This document shows, piece by piece, positions 1-10,397 of a stretch of 20,000 nt of DNA. Source of the DNA: Catajapyx aquilonaris (lineage: Eukaryota); the NCBI GenBank assembly GCA_000934665.2, contig KZ538410.1, positions 58,486 to 78,485 on the forward strand. The letters run 5' to 3'. The position numbers were made by a program, and so were the translations under genes. The notes beneath the pieces were generated by a model. That model had not been told where the DNA came from. It saw nothing but the letters and a program-made list of their open reading frames with translations, and did no database searches. Position 1 is the first letter of the stretch; every line of letters starts with the position of its first letter.

Positions 1-1210
1 CTTGGGTTCAGGTGCCCCGTTGCAGCAAGTACAGTCCTTCCTTATGTGCCCCCGCAGAGAGGAGCGTCTTGGAGCCTTGTCTTCATGGTGGTGATGATGG
101 TGGTGGTCGTGATGCTGTTGGTGGTCTTTGGTTCTAGCCCGAGCTCGCAACAAGGGTACATGCCCATTGTCCGACGAGTGGACCGACACAGGTGTTTCGC
201 TCCGAGCAGGCTCTTCACTGGCATCACTTTCAGTGGCTGTCTCGGGTGGCTCAGGTGGTGCTGGTTCATCATCCCCATTCTTAGCCACCTTTTCAGGGCT
301 GAAATCACCTCGAAGCAGCCTCTCAAGGGTGCTGGGAGGCTTTTTCTTTTTTACTTCATCATCAGAGTCTGACTCCGTCTTAGTCTCCTCCTTAGGCTTT
401 GGTGGTGAAGGTGGGGGCGATGGGGCTTCGTCAAACACATCGTATGTGCGTCCGTACCGCTTTCCATAGGTGTTAACAAATCGTTGTGATGCTGTTGTAA
501 GTGGTGGTGATGGTGGTGGTGCTGAGCCAGCTGGTAATGGCAAGTCAATTTCAATTGACGAGAGCGATTCACTAGGTGATTGAGCCACTCGAGGAGACTC
601 TTCTTCAATGTCAGGTGCTGGTGACCCAGATGAGTTGGACCCAGGTTTGGTTGCAGTTGCAGCAAGTGGCGAGGACACCCGCCTAACACCACAGTTGCTG
701 TTGCGACGATGCGGTTTTGCAGCCTCTCCAGCTTTCCTGTACTCCATGATACCATGATGGTTCCACACCGGTACCCACTTCTTTCCCTCACTCCGGTTGA
801 ACATGAACTTCCGCGACTTCTCTGCACCCCCACTGCTGTCTGGAGAACTCCCAGCAAAACTGGCCGGTGATTCTGGCTTGACAGCACCAGTGGCAGGTGA
901 GTCCGGTTGTGAAGTTGAGGTCCCTGGAGTAGCAGGTGGGTCTGGCAGCATCTGGTCAAGCCCAAGAGCTGGGTTGGCATCCAGAAACAGTTCAGCCTCA
1001 GGGAAAAGATCACTGGTGTTTAGTTTGACCAACTCATCCACTCCCAGGTCTTCGCACTCATCAGCCAGACTCTTTTGCATGGACGACCCACTGCTCATCT
1101 CATCACCCAACTCCGACTGAGGGGTAGAATCCATCTTGCGGGAGGCCCCAGTGCTGCCACCAGATGCACCCCGGCGGCGTCCTAATTCCTTTGACTGACC
1201 AAAGTAGGAT
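1..1210 (-). CDS. Coding exon 9, partial and running off the window (RSYFGQSKELGRRR...MDSTPQSELG...HHDHHHHHHHEDKAPRRSSLRGHIRKDCTCCNGAPEPK)
   Basis: Hand translation gives a stop-free frame of about 403 codons to base 1; it is absent from the ORF track because it has no stop. Acceptor ctaatgagtacttctcctcag|A has a branch-like CTAAT and is phase 2. Confidence 0.8.
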
Positions 1211-1378
1211 CTGAGGAGAAGTACTCATTAGATGGGCATATAAGTAAATCAGACAACACACAACTCAATAATGCCCTGAGAAGTACTTTCAGTTTATACT
1301 GATCAAAGTCAGTCCACAAATTTTCATACCTATCATAATGACAATTCAAAAAAAAAATTGGCTGTAGGCTTAGCTTAT

Positions 1379-1384
<6 letters not shown>

Positions 1385-1412
<28 letters not shown>
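1385..1412. repeat. (AAGC)n tetranucleotide microsatellite
   Basis: 7 consecutive AAGC units. Confidence 0.95.
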
Positions 1413-3168
1413 TTAATCCCAATGAGCACGTTCTGGGCGACTACTCAACTGAAGCTTGACTTTGTGGTGTACATAATACACTTTGGCAATAATAATTTAA
1501 CATCTGCGATATAAGGATTAGACAGACTCGGCTAGTATGCAATTAGACACAAAGGAGCCTCCCTAGCCGATAAACATGAACTGTTTTATCTGGATCAATC
1601 GCTACTATGAGCAAAACCAAACAAGAACCACCACCTGATTGTTATAACACTATGTCCCCGAAACGAAGAAACTGGACCGCTGCTTTTAAAAAAGAATATA
1701 TTTTGAATAGGAAATGGGTGGTCCACGTTAATAAATAAAGTGCGAGATTTTATCTGAGGAACTTTTTTCACATTAAATAAGTATCTTTTCCTCATTGAGT
1801 GAAAAAATGTTAATACAAAAAGCATGTGGTATAGGTTGAAAGGTACGAGAAAATTTCATAATGAACAACGTTCATCCTCGTTCTAGCGAACTTTGCAACC
1901 TTCGCACCAGATGTGAGATTTCTTGCAATGTAGATTATTTTTTATCAGTAAACCAATGAGATGAATCGGATAATTTAGTGCAAAATAGGTCTGGCTGAGG
2001 TAGGAAGGATTGAGGTCTAGATAATAGTTGTTGCTGGTTGAGGACTCAAGGTCAGCTTAATCCCGTTGTATTGCATTATCATTAAAGGATTTAGATCAGC
2101 AATGGCATAGAAATATTGTGTGTTTGTCCAATAGTGCCATGAAATTCCCATCCTAGTCAAGATGTGCTTATGCACCTGTCCTATGTCATAGCTTATAAAT
2201 CCATAATCAACAAAAATGGTTCCAATTCAGCATTTGCAACTCTCGAGTCAGACTGAAAGTGCAAGATTCCATTACAAAGCCACTCGCATATAAGTTTACA
2301 AACATAATCACATCTCAAACAAAAGCAGCAACCACTGCATTGTGTTAATATAAACTGACACTTGTGCCAATCAACTGCATAAACCAAAACCATCAACACT
2401 ATCAAACCTAGATGAAAAGCCAAGAGCTACAACCACCTTATCTAAAAGCATCTCACTCCAGATCACCCACCACAATAACCCACGGAAATGTGAGACTTGC
2501 AGACACAGAGAATTTTATTACGTTACGACTTCCAATTTGTTTACGCTCACCTACAAAAGCAAAAGGACTATGGGGACACCACCAGTGAGAAGGCCTATCT
2601 GACCTTCAAATAAGGTACGATTTTTTTTACCTGATGTAAATCATCACGTACTCGCAAAAATGAAAGACTTTAACTCAACACTGAAAACAGGGACATTTCT
2701 TGTTAATAACCCAATGACCATATTAGTGACATCAAGAGTTGACTAGGTTGCAAGGTTCAGGGTGACAAACAATAAAACCAGCCACCAGTTGCCCAAAACG
2801 TGCTGTGACACACAAGCATGGTACTATGATGTGAGTTGAGGATGGGTGGCTTCTGGAAATACAGGTCCTGATCCACCCCTGTCTAGAGCTGCCATAAGTG
2901 GTGTTATAAGACTGCGTGTCCGACAAACGTTTACTCAACTCGCAGGCTGGAATAGTTCCATCTTTTGAAAGCTCTCAAGGGTATAAATTCGGGGGGATTA
3001 CCTGCACTTCATTTCAAGAAACTAGGCACAATTTTACTACCTGAAATAATCAAAAATAATTCCATGCATCTTACAAGGGAACAACCAAGGTCGGTCGCCT
3101 CCGATTTGGTTGAAACTGGCTTGAGGGGTCACTCATGTGCGATAGACACAGTGGTGAAAGTCCTAGAT

Positions 3169-3622
3169 CAGGGCTACTCAACTGGCAGACCACGACGCAA
3201 TTTTGTCCGGACCGCGACAATATACAGGACAGTTTGAAATAGCATGATAAATTACTAATTCATGATTTTTTTGGAAAAAAGGCTACCAATTTCATCAAAT
3301 ACACACCTATTCAAATCTCACACATTCACCTAAATTCGTGTGACCTTGAACCCCCCCAAAAATTTCGCCTGCGGCTGGCTTGTTCCATGCCCTTTACGGC
3401 TTGTTCACCTTGCGCTTATGAAATGGGCCCCCCTCCGAAATTCTTCTGCCTACGTGCCTGTACAGGACATCATAAAAGACGAAAATGTCTTAATATGCCA
3501 TGTCTTGATAAATCNNNNNNNNNNNNNNNNNNNGGGGGGGGTCCGGACCTTCAATGGCCCAGGAAAGGTAAATACTGGACCTTGTCATAAACTAGTTAAA
3601 TACCCGTCCTAGACAAGGTCTG
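3169..3622. mobile_element. Nested hAT-like non-autonomous element inserted in the left arm of the foldback
   Basis: Starts CAGGGCTACTCAACTGG, a hAT-type end. A degenerate reverse copy CTAGTTAAATACCCG lies at 3592-3606. Host sequence GTCCTAGAT is duplicated at 3160-3168 and 3623-3631 (TCCTAGAC also at 3607-3614). Contains the N gap 3515-3533. Confidence 0.6.
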
Positions 3623-3673
3623 GTCCTAGATGCCACTGTCCAGCTGCTTCCGAAATATGAGACACCAAAAAAA

Positions 3674-3679
<6 letters not shown>

Positions 3680-3722
<43 letters not shown>
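3680..3722. repeat. (AAT)n microsatellite inside the foldback left arm
   Basis: About 14 perfect units. Confidence 0.95.
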
Positions 3723-3727
<5 letters not shown>

Positions 3728-4882
3728 CGAATTTTGGCCGCGCGTACAGGTGTTGGGCAGGAAGGGACATGTGCAAGGCCTGGAAAGGCCCCTATACGCG
3801 TGGCCAAATTGGGATGTTTCTGTCGCTCATATCTCGGAAACTGATGGACAGTGGCATCTAGGACTTTCACCACTGTGTCTATCGCTCATGAGTGACCCTT
3901 CAAGAGAGTTTCAACCAAATTGGAGGCGACCGACCTTGGTCGTTCCCTTGTTAGTACTACAATGTTCATGTCTTTGGAATGTATAAAATCTTGACTAGTT
4001 AGTTTGACGAGTATCAGGCGGAATGAAAATACTTTGCCCATGGCATACTAACAGAGTGGAAGCAAGGGCACTGCAAAAACCTGTCACAAGCGTCTACTAG
4101 CACTCCAAGCAGAAAGTGGGTCTAATTCAGACGGCTGAGAACAATTGCTGTAATGCTTGTAATAGTTTTACATGCTCACGAGCATAGCAACAAATGGTAA
4201 TGCAGGTTTCCTGCAATCATCATCCAAGTCTCCCTGGTACATTTACACCCACCCTGTACTACCATCATGAATGGCCATAGCCCATAGCAGAAGAATTTCA
4301 GTAAGCTAATTATAAAACAAGTCCTCAAAACACACCTGAAAATTATATTGCGGCCTTCTAACGCAATAATGTGCCATCAAGAAACGGCAACAAATTAAAT
4401 TTAAATATTTCAGGACACTTGGGAAAAACAAGGACAGCAAATATAAGGAATGGAAAAAAAAGAGAATTGGAAACAAAAAGCCAAATACCGTGTTAGAGGT
4501 AAGCAAAATTTTACTTTCCACACCCAGGCAATTTTTTTTATAAAAGGTGAGAAATGTCATACAAAAAGGAAGCAGATAAAAAAAAAACATTCTGCATAAT
4601 AAACTGAACAAAAAAGCCATACAGGGCTGCTATCCAAACTCATTCCAAATAAACCAAATGTTGTTCATTTCCATATAATTCTTGCTTACAACGTCTTTTA
4701 GTTACGAGAGCTTCTGCTGGGTGTGAAGCACGGATAACAAACTTGCAGCTCAAGCATTGTGCAATTATCGTGACGGCTTAGTGGTGTTCTCAAACGGATG
4801 CCCATATGCTGTAAAAACTTCAGAGGGGATTCTGAATCTTGCAACACGGGTTCCCCCCTCTGGAGGAGTATAGCGTACAAAC

Positions 4883-7800
4883 CTGACCACTGAGCCCGAG
4901 GCAGGAGGAGGTGCAGCTGTCTTCAGGGTGGACTGCACTGCTGACATTGCCTGCATGGACACCAGGGTTTGCACAGCAGATGCGTCCAGGTTTACCTTCT
5001 GCACACGAGGTATGACTTGAGTCATCAAGCCTGTCTCCGACTTCCCCTCCTGGGCAGCACTAACTGCAGTGGTCACTGCTGGGGCAGGCACCTGTACCTG
5101 TGGTACTGTGACCCTGGGTGATGCTTCAGCCATGACGGGTTTGAATGCCGGGTTGATGTGCACCCTTTTGACAACAGGCACTCCGGCTGGCCAACCTTCC
5201 TTGGGTGATTCGTAAAACTCCTTCTTTTCTTTCTGTGCCTCTTCTGGCTCCTGTTTTACATCACTGAATCTGAATGATTGCTCTTTAGCCTCCTGCAGTG
5301 ACCCCTCTTTCAGTGTTTCCAAACCCGACTCAGTCTGTGCCAGTAGTTTGGACATGCTGTTATCATTGGCATCACCCCCAAAGTCGCTAAACTTGCTGGA
5401 GTCCGACGTCTCTTCAGGAAGAGATAAAACAGGGTACTCTGGCTGAGTCGAGTCAAGTGCATTTGGAGTGCCAACGGGAGTGTGGTTATATGTCTCGGTT
5501 GTTGCAGGTTGCTCACTAGTTGGTGTTGTAACTGTGTCACCTCTTGCTGGAAAGCTCGAGTCTGGACGGTCACTGCTATCCTGCTCACTTGCCAGCAGGT
5601 TGACAATGCTGCTTGTTATGTGGTCCTGGATGGTCATCCCTGGTGTCGTAGTGGTTGTAGCAACAGATCCTGTCTCTTGCACCACAGTAGCCCGTAGTGG
5701 TGCCAGAACCACCGAGTCCACCCCATCTGCAGATGCCACGGCTGATGTGGCAACTGGTGCCTGTATCTGCATCCCAGGTTGCAACACCATGGTTGGCTGC
5801 GTCATGATCGCACCAATCTTCTGCTGGAATTGTGCAGAAGTGCCTATTCCAGTTGTTTGTATAGGTATCCGTACTATCCCAGCCTGACGAACCATCACAG
5901 TTCCAGGGACAAGTCCTCCAGCATTGACAGTTACTGGCTTGATCCCACCAGACATTGTGGCCAGGACTGACCCAGATGTGACTGCCACACTGCGTACCTG
6001 GATGAGCCTCTGGCAGCCTTTGGCATTGACTACCAGTGACTGGCGGCCCTGTAGTGTCTGGGCCAGGTTGGAGTTGACAGGAAGCAGTACCTGGCGTAGT
6101 AGGGGAACATTGGTGCCAGCAACCATTACTGGCTTGGCTAAGGCGACTGTTGTGGCAGAGGGACCAGCACTGGTTGACGCAACTGGCTCAGCACTTGATG
6201 CGGGCTGCTCAGGGGATTGCATTGAGTCATCCACACTTGACAACATCCGGGTGCCTCCACTGCTGGTATGCAGCAAATCCAATGAACCACCAGTGCTGTC
6301 CTCACTAGCTGTTGTCCCACGCGATTCATCAACATCATCCATTGTGGCAGCTGGACCAGAATGATGTTGTCCCAACAATTTCACTTTCGGTTGGGATGGC
6401 TTTTTCCTCTTGGTGTTTTGGCTTGGGTTGGCTGGTGGATTGGAGCGCCGGCGAGGAGCTGGCTTGTTGTTTAGGTCCGGACTGTTCCTCAGCTGCTCCT
6501 TGTATTCGTCAAGAATCGCTTGTATGCGCTGAACTGTGCCCTCGTCTTCTTGTGGTTTTTGTGGCGGTTTTGGTATTACTGCTGCCTTGGCCTGCGATGT
6601 AGATGCTGGTGTTGATGTGGTAGAAGCTGCCTTTGACTTTGACTTTGAAGTGGTAGCAGTACCAGCCGCTTTGGCTGGTCTCGGTGGTGTCTTTGGGGAA
6701 GGTTGGTTTGAAGGGCCTGGCGTAACTGATGGGGATGGGGTTGAGCTGTGCGATGTTATGCTCAGTGCTGGTGATGAAGCTATTGGAGGTGGGTAACTTG
6801 TCATTACCACAACTGGTGGTGCTGTGCTGGGTCTCTGCAGTGCAATGGTAACTGCAGTGGCCGTGGTCACAGCTGGTTGTGCCACTGTTGCAGGCTGTAT
6901 TCTGAAGCTGACCTCTGGGCCAAACACCTGCCCTGTAGTTGTGAACCTCCTTGCTGGTGCATGTCCCAGCACCAGTGTTTGCGTTTGGGCCAGTTGCTGT
7001 GGCTGTTGTACAACTGCTGTTGGTGTTGGTGTTGCTGTGTTACCACGTTCCTTCATCTGTGAGGTGCTTGTCACTCTTTCCAGGACGGACTCAAACTCCC
7101 TCAGCTGCTCCAGTGTAGTTGAACTCACAGTCTGGGCTGGGAGTAAATTGCCAGCTGCATTTGCTTGTTGGGTTGCCAGCACTGGTGCTGCTGTATCGGA
7201 CCTAGGTGTTGAAGGTCGCAGTATGCTTTCAGCTGAAGCTGGCCTAGCAACTGGCTGTCGCTGTGGCTGCTGTTGTATAACCATCTGGTGAACACCTTGG
7301 GTAACCACAGGCTTCACGTCTTGGCGCTTTGCTACTTCAGCACGGCTGGACTTCATCAGCCTCTCTAGTAGGATGCTCCCAGTGGTGGCTTCTGCAGCTG
7401 GCAATGGCTGGGGTGTTGGTGCTGCCCCATTGCTACTGCTGCTGCTGCTACTGCTACTGCTACTGCTGCTACTGCTCCCATCAGAGGGCAATCGGGGAGA
7501 TTCACTGACAAGAGCTGACTGAAGTATACTCTGCAGCTTCATCCCCAGTCCTTCATCCTTAACTTCCGTCGACGGTGGAGCTGCTACCGGCGGCGGCACC
7601 GTCGCCACTGTCGCCGCCGATGTGGCCCCCCCCTGCATCTTGGAGAATGGAACATTTGTGTTGCTCACTATGACACTGGACTGTGCTGCGGTATGGGGCC
7701 TGGCAGCAGCAGCAGCAGTAGCTCTGGCCTTTGTCACTGTCGCTGAAGGAGTTGCTGCTCTTTTCGCAGGAGTGGCCTTTGTTGTTCCCATCTGTATTGG

Positions 7801-9729
7801 TGCTTTCCCAAAAGCCTGTTGAAACTTGGGCAAAGATGCTGGACGAGTTACCTGACCCCTGGCAATGGCCAGTGCCACTTGCTGCTGGTATTGCAACTGC
7901 TGCTGCTGCTGAGGCTGCTGTTGAACTTGTACTTGCTGCTGTTGCATGTGTACAAGAGTTTGCACTTTCTTCACACCCTGGTTCAGCAAATGGTAGTTAC
8001 CATCAGCTGCCAGAGCAACGGCCTGCTGCTGTTGTTGTGGCTGTTGCACAGCTGGTGTGACTTGCCTTGCTGGAACTACTTGCAATGGCTGTTGTGTTGC
8101 ACTGGCAACAGTTGCAACCCTAAGTTGTGCTGCCACAGCTGGAGCCTTCAGCTGATTTACAGCGTCTGTATACTTCTGATACATCTCACTCCCCACCGGC
8201 ACTTTCATAGTCGCCAGATAAGTACGCCCACCATGCTTGTAGAAATACCTTATTTCTGACATGAGTGTACCTGACGGACTAGAAGTGGTGCCTTTGTTTG
8301 GACCAGCACCACCAGTCTGGTCATCAATTGATGCTGGTATAAGCGTTCCTGATGGGGCATTTTGCATGGCACTCAGGAGGTTCAAGTTTACCCCACGGAC
8401 AACTGGAAATCGATTCACTGGCTGTGTCACAGGTTGTGGTGGAGTTGTTGTTGTCAGTTGTGGATCAGCCATGGCTACTGGTGGCTGACCTACTTGTGCT
8501 GCTGTTGTGGTGATGACACCAGTGGCCATTGCTGTCTGCGTCTCTTGTGACACCAGGCTGTAACCACTGGTACCTGGTGTTAGCTGCACCACCAATTGCT
8601 GTTGTGGTTGTGCCACAGTAGGTTGTTGACTTGGCATTGGCTCTGTCGTAAGCACTCTGGGTTGGGCCACTTGCATCTCCCTCTCTGCTGTAGATGGGGT
8701 CGTCAGTGGCACAGAGTCGCCAGATGCCACTGCTGCTGCAGCTGTAAGCAGGTTGGCAATATTTGCAAGTTGAGACTGTTGAGCCTGCTGGTGTTGAGGT
8801 TGAGGCTGCGGTGGCTGTGGCTGCTCTGTTGACTCATTAGAAGGCGGCTTTGGCATGCTGGTGGTGGTCTGCATATCAGCGTTGTTGTTGTTGCTGCTGC
8901 TGCTACTGTTGTTGTTGTTGTTCCCAGTGCCAACCGCATGTGATGGCAGCATTATCTGCACAGTGGTGTGTGTCGGTGGTGGCCTTACCATGTCGAGTGA
9001 TTTTAAACCTGGGACAGACTCAGCCAGATCTCGGCAAATCCCACTTTCAAGCACTGCTTTGGCCAGGAGGTCACACTTCTTTCTCTCTGCACTGCTTTGC
9101 CGTTGGCAGTGAAGTGCATGGTTGAGGGCTTGATGGCTGATGTGGTTCTTTGGTGTCAATGATCCATTGTGGTGGTTGTGAATGGGGTTATGGAGAGGGA
9201 GATTATTCATGGCATGGTTGTTCATATGATGATTGTGAATGGGGTGGTTGTGATTACTGTTGACATGGGGTGGTGGCCTAAGCAGCTTCTCAGGACTGAG
9301 ATCAGTGCGAGTCAGCACAATCTTGGGATTTATGTTCAGAGTGCTGATCATTGGAGCATACTCAGGTGTGCCATCCAATGATGGAGGTGCAACTGGAGGT
9401 GTCAATCGGGGATAAGTGTGTGGCAAGGAGGAGGTAGCTGGTAGCCCAGGCATTTTCCGAAACATTTTCAATGTCTTGAGGCGCTCTGGGTCGCTATGAA
9501 TCATATGGATTGGTGGTGGTGGTGAAGCTTCCACAGCAGCAGGAGGTGTCTCGGGGGGCTTCCTGTCTGCATTACTGCTTGCCACGGAGCTGTGGTAGAA
9601 GGCAGCAGCCGAGGCAGAATTGACCAGCTGTTTGATTCGGCTAGGCTTCCTGCCAGCCCCGCTGCCGCGGCCTCGCTTCACACCACCCTTTGCCTTGGAC
9701 AGCCTCCTCGCCTGCTCCTCAACACCTTC
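4883..9729 (-). CDS. Coding exon 8, giant low-complexity exon (EGVEEQARR...SGSVV, ~1615 aa). Read-through gives a stop at 4765.
   Basis: Lies within the 1694-aa ORF. Acceptor ctttggtacag|GAA is phase 0. Proposed donor AG|GTTTGT at 4883 is phase 2 and fits the exon 9 acceptor. The 3' boundary is less certain (alternative donor AAG|GTAAAC near 4996). Confidence 0.85.
7431..7477 (-). repeat. Coding poly-Ser tract (AGC/AGT)
   Basis: Run of about 15 Ser in exon 8. Confidence 0.9.
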
Positions 9730-9838
9730 CTGTACCAAAGATGGGAAAGTGGACATGTTACATAGTGCTTGCACATGATAATTCATACAGCAATGGGTAA
9801 ATTTCAGCTGGAATAATTTTGAGAAATAAAAGGTAATA

Positions 9839-10198
9839 CAGTGGAGCATCGATTATCAGAACAGAGGCTGCCAAGGGGGTGTTCAGATAACTGATTGTTC
9901 GGATAACCGATCATTTACAGAAAAAAATTGTACCGGTGTCATAGGAGCAATATGAAACTAAGAAACAGTGATATTAACCACAAAACTGCATATTTTCTGT
10001 CACAGGCACGTCTTAAAATACGGTACGTATACCTTACTGTCCTTACATGAAGTACCGGTAGTCCTACAGTTGGGGGGGGGGGGGGGGGGNNNGGGGGGGT
10101 TGGGGGTTTTTTTTTGGAGGTTTTTGGTTGTTTTTTTGGTTTTTTGCCAACCCGAAAACGTTCGGTTGATCGGTGTTCGGATAATCGACGCTCCACTG
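9839..10198. mobile_element. Tc1/mariner-superfamily (pogo/Tigger-like) MITE in intron 7
   Basis: TIRs CAGTGGAGCATCGATTATCAGAAC and reverse-complement CAGTGGAGCGTCGATTATCCGAAC (22/24 identical). TA on both sides (9837-9838, 10199-10200). Subterminal GTTCGGATAA-like repeats. Confidence 0.85.
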
Positions 10199-10397
10199 TA
10201 TGCCACTTCAACCTACGATTCGCAGGGAATAATCCCAGTTCCTCCAAAAAATCGCTGTTTGCAAGTCACTGCTTACAAAGCAGCAGCTACGTGCTTCCTT
10301 AAAATTTTGCTGCCGATCATTTAAGATGTTACTGCCTCGTTTGTTCTGCAAGTTTACACTGCAAGACAATCATATGAAAAATAAAAGTTGATCATAC

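Larger units (their letters stand above)
3074..3950. mobile_element. Foldback/MITE-type non-autonomous DNA transposon with TTA flanks (PIF/Harbinger-like target duplication)
   Basis: 3074-3168 is the near reverse complement of 3856-3950. The arms continue at 3623-3661 vs 3824-3864 and 3730-3750 vs 3791-3810. TTA is present at 3071-3073 and 3951-3953. Confidence 0.8.

Noticed and set aside
42..1120. Listed ORFs in the first 1.1 kb
   Set aside because: Alternative or antisense frames of the stop-free exon 9 frame.
3515..3541. N and poly-G runs here and at 10072-10099 as G-quadruplex features
   Set aside because: They coincide with assembly gaps, so their lengths and flanks are unreliable.
4127..4222. 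Minus-strand ATGATGA...CTGA spaced like an intronic box C/D snoRNA
   Set aside because: No convincing terminal stem, and no rRNA-complementary guide that I can recognise.
5468..9381. Many plus-strand ORFs rich in C/V/L/A
   Set aside because: Antisense shadows of the low-complexity exon 8.
9730..9849. N-terminal 40 aa of the 1694-aa ORF (MLHCITFYF...)
   Set aside because: AT-rich intron sequence whose start overlaps the MITE TIR. The phase-matched acceptor is at 9729.
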